DNA from: an uncultured bacterium
GTDB taxonomy: Bacteria > Patescibacteriota > Minisyncoccia > Phycocordibacterales > PALSA-1337
Assembly: GCA_963701025.1 (NCBI GenBank)
Contig: OY969557.1
Span: 170,405-234,404, forward strand
DNA length: 64,000 nucleotides
Direction of reading: 5' to 3'
Below, piece by piece: positions 1 to 10,424 of this stretch. The notes beneath the pieces were generated by a model. That model had not been told where the DNA came from and ran no database searches. It saw only the letters and a list, made by a program, of their open reading frames with translations. A program made the translations under genes and the position numbers. How positions within the stretch are numbered: position 1 is the first letter of the stretch; each line of letters starts with the position of its first letter.

Positions 1-357
1 GTTCTTGAACACTATGGCCTACTCGACAAATTCAAGCGGGGCAGCGACAGCCTGAGCGGCCCGTGTCCGATCCACAAAGGCAGCAACCCGACGCAGTTCC
101 GGGTGAGCATCAGCAAAAACATCTGGAACTGTTTCAGCGAGTGCAAGCACGGTGGCAACGTCCGGGCCATTAAAGAACAGGGACCGCTCGTCATCGTAGA
201 AGGATTCTTCGATTGCATGAAGCTCCACCAGCACGGCTGGCGCAGGGTCGTTGCCTTGATGGGCAGTAAGTGGAGCGTGTCAAAGGTCGGAAAAGATGGC
301 AGTGTTATGCTCAAACAAACACGCGGTTTATTCGGCTCTGACAAGGGAAACATATAA
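1..357 (+). pseudogene. Remnant of a mobile-element DnaG-like primase (CHC2 zinc finger joined directly to the start of a TOPRIM domain), 5'-partial
   Basis: Frame +1 from base 1 reads GPCPIHKG...WNCFSECKHGGNV, then immediately LVIVEGFFDCMKL...VVALMGS. The catalytic core normally lying between them is missing. Confidence 0.7.
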
Positions 358-658
358 ACAGTTTCGGATATTCGAAGTATATGAGGTTGCCGCACACAAC
401 CAGGAGAGTCTCACATTTTTTAGTAACTTAATCAGGTTAAGCCAGTCCCATAAGGATTTGCTTCTGGCAGACTCTCATGAGCTGAGATCGGGCCGAAGCA
501 ACGATGGGCGCTCCTTTATTGGGCACTACGCTGCGTATCTTTTGGGGCCAAAGAGCATTCGTCCAGATGCGCCCCCCTTTGCAGGAATTTCACCATGAGC
601 CTGAGGATGAGCTGGTATCGATTTAGGCCGGTCAGAACCAGGCTGGTATAAAAATGCC

Positions 659-961
659 TCACTCAAATGAATCGAGAGAGGCAAAAGTTTTGAGGATTTG
701 TTGTTCTGTAAGGGTCCAATGTTTGTGGGGTAGTTTTGCAACGACTGCCCGGTTGAAATCTTGATGGTGTCGAAGTGCTAGGTTATCACCGACGCAATCA
801 GCAAGAATTGCCAACGCGAGCTGTGCCGGGCCAATCCCTCCATAGCCCCATTCGAATCCAGTCGGACTGTGGTTACGCAGGTCAAACCTGGGATTTAACG
901 GCTGGCCATTAACGGTAACCAGCAGTGTGCCATAAGAGCGCCGTCCTTCATACAGCTTCAT
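659..961 (-). CDS. DUF6166-like mobile-element protein
   Basis: Motif DLRNHSPTGFEWGYGG-GPAQLALAILA. Confidence 0.7.
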   Translation of the reverse strand: MKLYEGRRSYGTLLVTVNGQPLNPRFDLRNHSPTGFEWGYGGIGPAQLALAILADCVGDNLALRHHQDFNRAVVAKLPHKHWTLTEQQILKTFASLDSFE

Positions 962-1814
962 AACGTCCCTCCATTTTGTGAGTTTTCGCCCCGGCGCTAC
1001 TGCAACAAGCTATAGCATTCTACCGAGACGATCGTTTCACTTCCGAAGCCGTTCATGGTTTCAGGAGCAAAACGACCGGCTCGATTGAAGAGCAGAGGAG
1101 TTGAATGATTGGAGGAAAAGGGCGGACGCGGTAGGTGCTACACTGAAGCGAATACTACTAAAGGTATTCCTTCTTGTCAATGTGAGCCCCAACAATGAAG
1201 TTAAATCGGTAAAGTCTGCCACAAACGGCGAATCAGCCGTTCTCCATCACACAATTGGTGTTCCCAAATGCGTAGGACGCGCCAAGAGCCTGCGCGCAGC
1301 GTGCGGTTCACAAGCTTATCGCGTTTTTTGTTCCGTCGCCGATCAGTTCGTCTTTGGAGACGTCAAAACCGATGATATGCATGGAAATGGCTTAATTACG
1401 TCGATTAAAAAGAAAGAAGAGAAAGAGAAGAAAGAACGTAGGTTGCCTTCATCAAACACTCGGAGGTATCATGATGCCATGGGCTTGTTAGTTATTTGAG
1501 GCAATGCTGTTCATTCCTCAACCTGCAATTGATGGCCTCAACACTGATGCCGGAGTGTCACACGCTAGAACAGTGGACTTCGCCCAGAGCGAATCCAAAC
1601 ATCGTCCAGGTGGCCCTCCGGTATCAGTGTACCAATACCCCTGGAGAGAATGATACAAACATCGTCTAAGTCTCCCAGCAAATTATTAATTTCACCTGTT
1701 TAAAGCTGTTAATGGAAATGAGCGGGCACCTGGTCTTACGGACTGAGTCTTTTTTGTTGTATTACTAGTATGATTGACAGCCACGCAGAAATAGTATAGA
1801 AACACATAAGCTGT

Positions 1815-2153
1815 ATGAACAAAACAAATGGACTTATAGCGGAATTGCTTGGAGGGAAGTGTCGATATTGCGAAAAACCCGTCACCAAATCCGACGATGC
1901 CGCGATAACATATTCTTATTGGCAAGGCATGCCTTTTATTTGCCATCGGCTTTGCAAAGAAGCTGGGATAAGGCAAGAGGCCTATGATTGCCAGATGATA
2001 GACGCCGATTGCAATGATTGCAGACACTTTCAACGCGGCCAGCTCACTGGGAAAGAGGTGTGGTCCGGCCATTGTCTCAAATTCAACCGTGAGACAAAAG
2101 CCTACCCAAAAAAATGGACCGGTATGAAGTGTTTCGAACATCGCAGATCTTGA
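1815..2153 (+). CDS. Cys-rich putative zinc-binding hypothetical protein
   Basis: 112 aa ATG ORF with CRYC, CHRLC and CNDCRHF motifs. Confidence 0.6.
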   Translation: MNKTNGLIAELLGGKCRYCEKPVTKSDDAAITYSYWQGMPFICHRLCKEAGIRQEAYDCQMIDADCNDCRHFQRGQLTGKEVWSGHCLKFNRETKAYPKKWTGMKCFEHRRS

Positions 2154-2367
2154 TTACCGCCGACGCGTGGCATGCGACGGTAGTTTTTTTATTCGGCGAC
2201 CTTATCAGTAGTGCCAAAAGGATGAACTGAAGATTTATACCTAATAGATGGAGCGTATAAAGCCGTACTGTAAGCAAACACGCACCATTTCGTCTCTATC
2301 AGCAGTACTCGTGATATAATGCCCTCGCATTATCAGGAGTTATTAGTAATCCAATAACATAATTTTT

Positions 2368-2676
2368 ATGTCAACTTCCGCAAAGACGATCACGGCTCTG
2401 GTAGTCTTGATCATCATAGTTATCATCGGTTGGTTGTGGTATAGCGCCTCACAAAGCTCGCAGACGCCTTCCGCGCCGTCCTCTCAAGTCCCGGCTGATC
2501 AGAGCGCTTCGGCTTCGAATGCCTCCGCTTTCGCTGACACCGGCCTTTCGACCTCGCCGTCAGATTCGTCGAATGCCGCGCTCCAGAGCGACGCGTCGTC
2601 GATCGGTTCGCAGATGAACGGATTGAGCTCCGATTCCGCCAATGTCAACCAGAGCGTCAATTCTTCGGGCCAGTGA
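2368..2676 (+). CDS. Membrane-anchored Ser/Ala-rich protein
   Basis: N-terminal TM helix and low-complexity tail; upstream TATAAT near 2315. Confidence 0.75.
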   Translation: MSTSAKTITALVVLIIIVIIGWLWYSASQSSQTPSAPSSQVPADQSASASNASAFADTGLSTSPSDSSNAALQSDASSIGSQMNGLSSDSANVNQSVNSSGQ

Positions 2677-2718
2677 TTACGAGTTCAATTTATTATTACA
2701 CATTATTATTTCACATCC

Positions 2719-3582
2719 ATGAAAACCACTAGATTCTTAACCACTTCTATCATCGCGGCCGCCGCGCTCATGGCCGCTCTGCCGGCTTTCGCTCAAGTTG
2801 ACCAGACTGCCGCGGTCAATGTGGGAGTTAACGCCGATGTCAACGCCTCCGCCCGTGGAATACGCGCGGGAATGTATGCTTCAACGACCATGATGGGCTC
2901 GACCACACATCCTTTCATGAAGGGCGAGGGCCGCACCGGTAGCACCACGCAAGAGCGCATGCAGAACGGGCAGGATCGGGGCGATACGATGATCATTAGC
3001 CGCATCAATAGCCTCGGTCAGCTTCTTTCCAGAATCCAAGGCATGGTCAAGCTTTCCGATTCAGACAAATCCTCCTTCCAGAGTTCGATACAAACAGAGA
3101 TCGCCACCCTCACCAATCTGAAGGCCAGAGTCGACAGCGACAATTCCACGACCAGCCTCAAGGATGATCTCCAGTCCATAACCAAGTCATATCGTGTATA
3201 CATGCTCGTCGAGCCGCAGGCCCAGATAGCGGCCGCGTCCGATCGTATCCTCAATATCGTCGGCATGTTCGGCACCGTCGTGACGAAGATACAAGCCCGC
3301 CTTTCAGCCGGCGCCGCGGCGAGCTCGAGCGTTACGATACAAGCGGACCTTGCGGATATTACGGCGAAGACCGCCGATGCCACCACGCAGGCCAATGCGG
3401 CCGTGACCGAAACCGCCTCTCTTCAACCGGATAACGGCAACACGACCGTCGCCGCTTCGAATACCGCGGCGCTGAAGGATGCCCGCACCAAGATCCAAGC
3501 CGCCCAGAAAGATCTACAGGCGGCGCAGAAGGACGTTCAGGCCATCATCAAGGTATTGATCCAGGACATCAGGTCTATCTGA
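2719..3582 (+). CDS. Secreted coiled-coil protein
   Basis: Signal peptide ending AFA, long helical Ala/Thr/Gln-rich body. Confidence 0.8.
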   Translation: MKTTRFLTTSIIAAAALMAALPAFAQVDQTAAVNVGVNADVNASARGIRAGMYASTTMMGSTTHPFMKGEGRTGSTTQERMQNGQDRGDTMIISRINSLGQLLSRIQGMVKLSDSDKSSFQSSIQTEIATLTNLKARVDSDNSTTSLKDDLQSITKSYRVYMLVEPQAQIAAASDRILNIVGMFGTVVTKIQARLSAGAAASSSVTIQADLADITAKTADATTQANAAVTETASLQPDNGNTTVAASNTAALKDARTKIQAAQKDLQAAQKDVQAIIKVLIQDIRSI

Positions 3583-4264
3583 ATATATGCTTGAAGAAAT
3601 GGAACCAATATATGGCTGTGATCTTAAAGAATCCCTCTGATTTGAAGCGATTGGCCGATGTCTTCATGGCCATCTTCGAGCTGAAGACTATCCTGCCGTG
3701 CTTGGATACGCGCCTTGCCGTTTCGGTATCTTCACCATAGAAGACGAGATCCGTATTATATCCGCCCATCTTATCGAGGACTTCCGCTCGGATGAAATTA
3801 TTGCCGCCGATAAGGACAGCGCCCCTTCTGACGGATGGCATTTGCAGGATAAGGCTTATGGGATGATATATATATCTTTGCATGGCCAATGATGAATGCC
3901 TGAAAATGGGATGCCCATCGTGATAGTCATAAGGCCCGGTGACGGCCGCTATGTCCTTGCTCCTGAAATGGGATAGGCCGCGAGATATCCAATCCGGTTC
4001 CGGCCGGCAATCGGCGTCCATGTTGGCGATGATGTCGCCGTCCGCTTCCGCGCGGCCCCGTTCGCGGGCCCACAGGAGGCCCTTGCGCGGCTCGTATACG
4101 ATGGTCACGGGGAATTTGCTGGCCACTTCCGTAGTCCGGTCGGTGGAAGCGTTGTCGACCACGATGATCTCATACCAGTGATAATTCTGCTTCAACAGCG
4201 CCTCTATGGCGCCGGCGATGCGCTTCTCTTCGTTATGAGCCGGTATGACGACGGAGACTTTCAT
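3575..4264 (-). CDS. Glycosyltransferase family 2
   Basis: VSVVIPAHNEE, VVDNASTD, DAD and GED motifs. Confidence 0.92.
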   Translation of the reverse strand: MKVSVVIPAHNEEKRIAGAIEALLKQNYHWYEIIVVDNASTDRTTEVASKFPVTIVYEPRKGLLWARERGRAEADGDIIANMDADCRPEPDWISRGLSHFRSKDIAAVTGPYDYHDGHPIFRHSSLAMQRYIYHPISLILQMPSVRRGAVLIGGNNFIRAEVLDKMGGYNTDLVFYGEDTETARRVSKHGRIVFSSKMAMKTSANRFKSEGFFKITAIYWFHFFKHIFR

Positions 4265-4291
4265 GATGTATGTGGAAATATAAGCATTAAT

Positions 4292-5044
4292 CTATGCCTT
4301 CGGCGCATTTCGCGCCCGCGCGTCCTTTTCCCACCAACGCTCCCAATTCTTCGACCTGGTCGTGCCGAAAGCGGCCACCCAGAACGTCTCTACCATCCAT
4401 ATGGTGAGGAGCCGGGGCCAGCCGATGGCGTGAGCTCTTCGGCCGCTGTGGAACACCTGAAGCTTCGGATCATATAATGTCCTGCCGATCTTGGAGAGCC
4501 TGGCGAACATATCGCCGTCCTCGCGTGTGACGAGATCCTCGCGGAATCCATTGACTTTCTCGAATGCGCTCCTTCGCATCATCTGGAATCGTCCAGGAGC
4601 TTCGCCCATGTGGAGGACATTGTTCTTTATATGGTGGACTATGTTGAAAACGGCATAAACCAGCTTATCGCCGAATGTCTCGAATTCAGGCAGGACATTG
4701 AGCTTGCCGGTCAAAGCCACCAGGCGCGGATCGTCCTCGAAATGTTTCAATGCGCGCGTGAAAAAGGCTTCCGGCTCATTGATCCTTGTATCCGCGTCGA
4801 TGAAAACAAGCATGTCCCCGTGAGAATGCCGAACGCCGTCGTTTCTATTGGCCGATATTGAAATATGTTTCGATTCCGGAATCAGTACAATATCCGTGTA
4901 TTTTTTCGCTATTTCAACCGTATTATCTGTACTCTTATCATCCGTGACGATAATTTCATGCGGCAATGTCAAGGGCTTGAATTGAACCAAAGCGCCTTCG
5001 ATGGCGTCTTTTTCGTTATAAGTTGGTATGACGATGGAAATCAT
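4292..5044 (-). CDS. Glycosyltransferase family 2
   Basis: ISIVIPTYNE, DDKSTD, FIDAD and RED motifs. Confidence 0.92.
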   Translation of the reverse strand: MISIVIPTYNEKDAIEGALVQFKPLTLPHEIIVTDDKSTDNTVEIAKKYTDIVLIPESKHISISANRNDGVRHSHGDMLVFIDADTRINEPEAFFTRALKHFEDDPRLVALTGKLNVLPEFETFGDKLVYAVFNIVHHIKNNVLHMGEAPGRFQMMRRSAFEKVNGFREDLVTREDGDMFARLSKIGRTLYDPKLQVFHSGRRAHAIGWPRLLTIWMVETFWVAAFGTTRSKNWERWWEKDARARNAPKA

Positions 5045-5637
5045 GGCATATGTTCGAGCTTATTTTTCAGATAATTGCTATATCCCCAGAAGGCCAGGAT
5101 CAGCAGTATGAAGACAGCCACAATGGCCATTCGACTAAGCATGTCGTTAAACTCTACGTACAAATGCTCGAAGAAATATCCTGAAGAAAGAAGCAGGCCA
5201 GACCATATAAATTGTCCTGCCAAATTGACCGCCATATATCTATAGAAAGGTATGCGCACCAAGCCAGCCGTCATGAGTACCGCTATGGATAGGCCGAAGC
5301 CGTTGGATATCTTTGACAGGAACAGGATTGAGTACTTATAGCGGTGATATATTTCACCGACCTTGGCCGTACTCACTTCGGTAACGCTGAAGAATTTGCC
5401 GAAGCGCCTGACGAATCTCATGCCATATTGTCGACCTATTCGATACCAGATGGCATCTCCGACAAGGTCGCTCATCATGAACACTATATAGGCATAAAAT
5501 ATATTTATGTATCCCAATCGCGCCAATGCTCCACAGATCATGGCTAGCCAAGGGCCTATGGCGTAATTGAAGACGAATATGACCGCATACACGAGAATAT
5601 CATGTGTCGTAGCCACGTCTATGATCCATTGAGGCAT
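5041..5637 (-). CDS. DedA/VTT family membrane protein
   Basis: GDAIWYRIGRQYG and AGLVRIPFYRY motifs; several TM helices. Confidence 0.85.
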   Translation of the reverse strand: MPQWIIDVATTHDILVYAVIFVFNYAIGPWLAMICGALARLGYINIFYAYIVFMMSDLVGDAIWYRIGRQYGMRFVRRFGKFFSVTEVSTAKVGEIYHRYKYSILFLSKISNGFGLSIAVLMTAGLVRIPFYRYMAVNLAGQFIWSGLLLSSGYFFEHLYVEFNDMLSRMAIVAVFILLILAFWGYSNYLKNKLEHMP

Positions 5638-5724
5638 TATCCGTCAATTATAACCGTGTTTTCGTATTTATGCGATAAAAAAGCGCGACCGGGATGGACG
5701 CGCGAGAGCGGGTATAACAATTGA

Positions 5725-6192
5725 TCAATAGTGGGCACAGGACGTGGTGAATGTTTGGCGTCCAACTTGAGCGCGCTTGAGATGCGCGATATGGATACGC
5801 TTGTCGTGTTTGCGACGATCCGCGTTGAAGAACGACTTGATACAGTCAACCACTTTGTGGATGATCGATTCCATCCGTTGCTTGGCATAAACGAAGACGA
5901 CACGATCGAATCTGCCTTCCTCTTTGCTCTTGCGGATGATGGCACGCTGGACACTGTCTTTGAAACGGGTGATGCATTCCTTAACCAAGAAACGGAGCTT
6001 CCTGCCCCCCTCGAACAAAATCTGGAAACCGTCTTCAATCATCTCAAAGCGGATGATCTTATGCGTCAGTCCATAAGCAGGCTTGCGTTTATCCGCCTTC
6101 GCCTCGATCTTGGTAGCGATGGTCTCGATGGCTTCGTTGACAAGGCTGGTTGAGGTGGGGATTCTGGTGTACGTCAATACATTGGTGTTCAT
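5725..6192 (-). CDS. Hypothetical basic protein
   Basis: 155 aa ATG ORF filling the gap between dedA and gap; the + strand ORF looks like its antisense shadow. Confidence 0.5.
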   Translation of the reverse strand: MNTNVLTYTRIPTSTSLVNEAIETIATKIEAKADKRKPAYGLTHKIIRFEMIEDGFQILFEGGRKLRFLVKECITRFKDSVQRAIIRKSKEEGRFDRVVFVYAKQRMESIIHKVVDCIKSFFNADRRKHDKRIHIAHLKRAQVGRQTFTTSCAHY

Positions 6193-6307
6193 ATATGCAG
6201 TTTTCGTGGGCGTATTGCGCCCGATTGTTCAGATTGCAGTATACACACTATGCTATAATATTTCCACACCATTAATCCACAGCCAAGAGCGTTAATAATC
6301 TCTCATC

Positions 6308-7340
6308 ATGAAAAAAATCCGCGTCGCCATCAACGGTTTCGGCAGGATCGGCCGGGCCTTCGCCAAGATCGCCAAAGACCGTCCGGAGATCGAGCTCGTC
6401 GCCGTGAACGACCTCGGCAGCCTGGAGAATTTCGCCTACTTATTGAAATACGACACCGCTTACGGCGTCAGCCCATTCGAAGTCAGCTGTGACGAAGAAA
6501 AAATGTACTCATCATAGATGGCCAAGAAGTCCAATTCATCACCGAAAAGGATCCGACGTATCTGCCTTGGAAATCCATGGGCATAGATGTCGTCGTCGAG
6601 TCGACCGGCCTTTTTACCACTTCAGAAAAAGCCCAGGCGCATATCGCCGCCGGCGCCAAGCGCGTAGTCGTGACCGCTCCTATCAAAGACGATCCTGATT
6701 CGCCGTCACAAGGCGCGACCGTTCTCATGGCTATGAATGAGGACAAGCTCGAGACCTGCCGCGATATCTTCCAATGCTTCCTGCACGACCAATGCCGGTT
6801 CGCCCTTGATCGCCATTCTCGATGAATCCCTCGGCATCGAAAAGGCGCTCTTGAATACCGTTCATGCCTACACGGCTTCGCAGTCTCTCGTCGATGGTCC
6901 GTCGCAAGAAAGACCTCCGCGAAGGCCGCGCTGCGGCCCAGAACATCGTGCCGTCTTCGACAGGCGCCGCCATCGCCGTCACCCAGGTCGCCACTCAATT
7001 GAAAGGAAAGTTCGATGGAATTTCTATCCGTGTGCCGGTCGTGACCGGTTCTATCGTCGATGTCACCTTCATCTCCAAGAGGGACACCACTGCTGAAGAA
7101 GTCAATTCCATCCTGAAGAAAGCCGCCGCAAGCCCTCGCTGGAACGGCATATTCACGGTCACCGAAGAAGATCTCGTCTCGCACGACATCATCGGCAATC
7201 GTCACGCCTCCATCGCCGATCTCGCTTTCACTCGCGTTGTTGGGGGAAATCTCGTCAAAGTGCTGGCGTGGTATGACAATGAGATGGGGTATACGTATAC
7301 GCTGGTGGATCATGTGGTGAAGGCAGGGAGGTTGGTTTAA
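6308..7340 (+). CDS. gap: Type I glyceraldehyde-3-phosphate dehydrogenase (frameshifted in this sequence near 6500, 6760 and 6905)
   Basis: [35 protein letters not shown] and AWYDNE are spread over consecutive frames. Confidence 0.93.
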
Positions 7341-7352
7341 TAATTCAATAAT

Positions 7353-7997
7353 ATGAAAAAAATCATACCTGTAGTCATAGTTATTCTCGTAGCAGGATAT
7401 TTTGCATATGGTTTTTGGTTGAATACGACACTACAGGCTTCTGACACCAGGCCGGATGGAACATTCATCATTAACATCGCGAAGATCGGTACTGCAAACA
7501 GTGATCGATTTTCTACTTGCAATCAGCTTCTGACGGTTTATCCGTGGCAGTCAGCCTATTTCAGCAAAGGCTCAGTAAGTAACACTGATTGTGCGGTACA
7601 AGATGGTAGTAGGGCGCCTTTCGATTTTGGATATGCTAAGACATTTCCTAGTGAGAAGACGATCTTTAATTTCGCATTTCATCCATTCTTCATTGTCAAC
7701 AAACTATTCTTTAGTAAACCCTTATCGGTATGCCTCAATGGAGTGACTACGCCGTTACCTCTTGAATCGAAGCCTTACTTGACAGCTTGGAACTCTGGTC
7801 TTCGAGGCTTCACATATGATATTAAACTCACTGATCAGTCTAAAGCGGAATGGAAGAGCCTTCTGGACGGTTTTACGCAAAAAAATTCTTTTCCAGATAC
7901 TGCTAACTTGATAGCTGGTTCAGATTGTTCAAGTTACAACAGTAATGACATACTTGAAACATATAAAGTTGTGCATACGACGAACTATACGTTATAA
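7353..7997 (+). CDS. Membrane-anchored hypothetical protein (low GC)
   Basis: 214 aa with an N-terminal TM helix. Confidence 0.7.
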   Translation: MKKIIPVVIVILVAGYFAYGFWLNTTLQASDTRPDGTFIINIAKIGTANSDRFSTCNQLLTVYPWQSAYFSKGSVSNTDCAVQDGSRAPFDFGYAKTFPSEKTIFNFAFHPFFIVNKLFFSKPLSVCLNGVTTPLPLESKPYLTAWNSGLRGFTYDIKLTDQSKAEWKSLLDGFTQKNSFPDTANLIAGSDCSSYNSNDILETYKVVHTTNYTL

Positions 7998-8105
7998 TTG
8001 CCATTATCAGACCTAAACGGCATCTTATACGGGTGCCGTTTGTTTTTCTGCCACAATCCGCCGTAACCGGGAGTAGGAATATCTTCCCAGACACCCCCAT
8101 TCTGG

Positions 8106-8197
8106 AATCTTGCTGTGACAAGATTTCGGTGCTCGTGTGTACGAAATAAAGCCATTTTTGGGTGAAGTTTGGATAAAAATCTTGCTGTGACAAGATT
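8106..8197. repeat. Two identical 20-bp palindromic repeats AATCTTGCTGTGACAAGATT
   Basis: Copies at 8106-8125 and 8178-8197; each is AATCTTG-N6-CAAGATT. Confidence 0.8.
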
Positions 8198-8297
8198 CTA
8201 AAATAGGGTTATCCATGGAGATGAGTCCTCCTCCCGCCGCAAATTTGCCGCAAGTCTACAGGTGCTCACAGCCACATTTCAATGATATAATAGCGTC

Positions 8298-8777
8298 ATG
8301 AATACTCGCGCGGCCGCCAACAAAAACCCCATCATCCTCGCCTCCGACCACGCAGGCTTCAAGCTGAAAGAGGCTATCAAATCATTCCTCCATGAAAAAG
8401 GCTATGCCATAGACGATATCGGCGCGCATGCGTACGTCGAAGACGATGATTATCCGGCATTCATGTCGCAGGCGGCCTTGAAGATCGCCGAGGACATGAA
8501 AGGCCACAGCCGAGCGGTCATTTTCGGCAAATCAGGCCAAGGCGAAGCGATCGTTGCCAACAGATATCCCGGTGTTCGCGCGGCCGTGTGGTACGGTGGC
8601 GATCATGAGATATTGAGATTATCTCGCCAGCATAACGACGCTAATATACTTTCCATAGGCGCCGGATTTGTGAATGAAGAGCAGGCGAAAGAAGCGATCG
8701 TCCAATGGCTGGAAACGCCTTTTAGCGGCGAGGAAAGGCACAAGAGACGCATTGAGGAGATTGACTCGATCGAATAG
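8298..8777 (+). CDS. rpiB: Ribose-5-phosphate isomerase B
   Basis: LASDHAGF, DDYP, SGQGEAIVAN, SRQHNDAN and ERHKRR motifs. Confidence 0.93.
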   Translation: MNTRAAANKNPIILASDHAGFKLKEAIKSFLHEKGYAIDDIGAHAYVEDDDYPAFMSQAALKIAEDMKGHSRAVIFGKSGQGEAIVANRYPGVRAAVWYGGDHEILRLSRQHNDANILSIGAGFVNEEQAKEAIVQWLETPFSGEERHKRRIEEIDSIE

Positions 8778-8789
8778 CATCCGAATAAT

Positions 8790-9455
8790 ATGACCGAAAT
8801 CATCCCCGCCATCCTGCCGCAGGATTTCGCCGAGATCGAAGACAAGATCGGCCTGATCAAAGCCGCGACGAAGATCGTGCAGGTGGACATCTGCGATGGA
8901 CACTTCGTGCCGAATTTCACCTGGCCGTACAAAAAGAAAGACAATACCTTCGAGCAGATCATCCGCGAAGACGAAGGACTGCCGGGTTGGGAACAACTCG
9001 ACTATGAATTCGACTTGATGGTGGACAATCCTGAAAAAGTCGTCGATGACTGGGTATCGGTCGGGGCCACGAGGATCATCATCCATGTCGAGGCAAAAGG
9101 GAATGTGGCGGAAGCCGTTGAAAAATTAGTCGGCCGCATTGATATCGGGTTGGCTTTGAATATAGATACGCCGATCGATGCTCTGAAGCCTTTTGCCGAT
9201 AGGATCCAATTCGTCCAATGTATGGGTATAGATCATGTCGGCTTCCAAGGCCAGGAATTTGACGAAAAAGTAGTCAAAAAAGTCAGGGCAGTGAAAGAAA
9301 CGTTCCCAGATCTCCTCGTTTCCGTTGATGGTGGTGTATCGCTCGATAATGCCGGCCAATTAATAGAAGCCGGAGCCGACCGGCTCGTCATCGGTTCGGC
9401 TATTTTCGCCGCGGAAAATCCACTTTCGGCTATAGCAGAATTCCAGGCACTTTAG
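8790..9455 (+). CDS. rpe: Ribulose-phosphate 3-epimerase
   Basis: VDICDGHFVPN, VDGGV and VIGSAIF motifs. Confidence 0.92.
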   Translation: MTEIIPAILPQDFAEIEDKIGLIKAATKIVQVDICDGHFVPNFTWPYKKKDNTFEQIIREDEGLPGWEQLDYEFDLMVDNPEKVVDDWVSVGATRIIIHVEAKGNVAEAVEKLVGRIDIGLALNIDTPIDALKPFADRIQFVQCMGIDHVGFQGQEFDEKVVKKVRAVKETFPDLLVSVDGGVSLDNAGQLIEAGADRLVIGSAIFAAENPLSAIAEFQAL

Positions 9456-9468
9456 TCAACTAAAGTGC
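9447..9468. repeat. REP-like palindrome CACTTTAGT-CA-ACTAAAGTG, copy 1
   Basis: Perfect 10-bp stem; the reverse-complement copy is at 23024-23043. Confidence 0.75.
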
Positions 9469-9514
9469 TATAATTTGAACATTAGATCAATTAGGTCAAT
9501 TAGAAATTCTTTTC

Positions 9515-10405
9515 ATGCCCACCACTCCTCTCACCGACGAAAAAGTCGCGCTTCTGACGAAAAAAGCGCTCGATATCCGACGCTCCATCATAGAGTCTCT
9601 GATCACGGCGAAGTCCGGTCACACTGCCGGACCGCTCGATATGGCGGACATATTCACATACCTTTACTTTCACGCCCTGAAGCACGATCCGAAGAAGCCT
9701 GATTGGGAATATCGCGACCGGCTCGTCCTTTCCAATGGCCACATCTGCCCGGTCCTCTATGCCACTATGGCGCACGCGGGATATTTTCCAGTCTCCGAAT
9801 TGAAGACACTCCGCCAATTCGGCAGCCGCCTACAAGGCCATCCGCACCGCGAATGGCTGCCCATGCTCGAGACTTCGTCCGGCCCTCTCGGCGAAGGATT
9901 GTCGCAAGCCGTTGGAATGGCTATCGCCGATAGGATAGATAACGGCCGAAGCTCCGGCAAGCGATTTTATTGTTTGATGAGCGACGGCGAGCTGGACGCG
10001 GGCAATAGCTGGGAAGGAGCGATGCTTGCCGGCAAGGAGAGATTGCAGAACTTAACCGCGATCGTCGACCGCAATAATATTCAGATAGACGGCTTCACCG
10101 AAGACATCATGCCTCTCAATCCGCTCATCGATAAATGGCGATCGTGGAATTGGCATGTCATCGAAATAGACGGCCATAATTTTCGTGACATAGACCGCGC
10201 TATCGGAGAGGCTCATGCCGTGTTCGACAAGCCGTCGGTTATCATAGCCAACACCATACCGTCCAAGGGCATCCCTGAATTCGAGCGCAAATTCGAATGG
10301 CACGGCAAGCCGCCGACTACTCCCGAGGAGATCGAGACCGCACGGAAGGCGTTGGGGGAGATCCGCACATTGGGCGGTCGGATAGACGCGCCGCATCATT
10401 CTTAA
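9515..10405 (+). CDS. tktA: Transketolase, N-terminal subunit
   Basis: RDRLVLSNGH, LQGHP, SSGPLGEGLS and TPP-binding SDGE motifs. Confidence 0.93.
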   Translation: MPTTPLTDEKVALLTKKALDIRRSIIESLITAKSGHTAGPLDMADIFTYLYFHALKHDPKKPDWEYRDRLVLSNGHICPVLYATMAHAGYFPVSELKTLRQFGSRLQGHPHREWLPMLETSSGPLGEGLSQAVGMAIADRIDNGRSSGKRFYCLMSDGELDAGNSWEGAMLAGKERLQNLTAIVDRNNIQIDGFTEDIMPLNPLIDKWRSWNWHVIEIDGHNFRDIDRAIGEAHAVFDKPSVIIANTIPSKGIPEFERKFEWHGKPPTTPEEIETARKALGEIRTLGGRIDAPHHS

Positions 10406-10424
10406 TAATATGGCTATCAGATAG

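Noticed and set aside
1101-1499. 132-aa + strand ORF as a gene
   Set aside because: TTG start, low-complexity Lys/Glu run, no recognisable motif, and located in a degraded region.
6308-7340. Programmed frameshifting or pseudogenisation of gap (and of dnaK near 49900)
   Set aside because: Multiple scattered single-base indels in otherwise well-conserved essential genes fit sequencing error.
8106-8197. CRISPR array
   Set aside because: Only two 20-bp repeats with a 52-bp spacer and no cas genes. The Cas2-fold GhoS-like gene is unrelated and distant.
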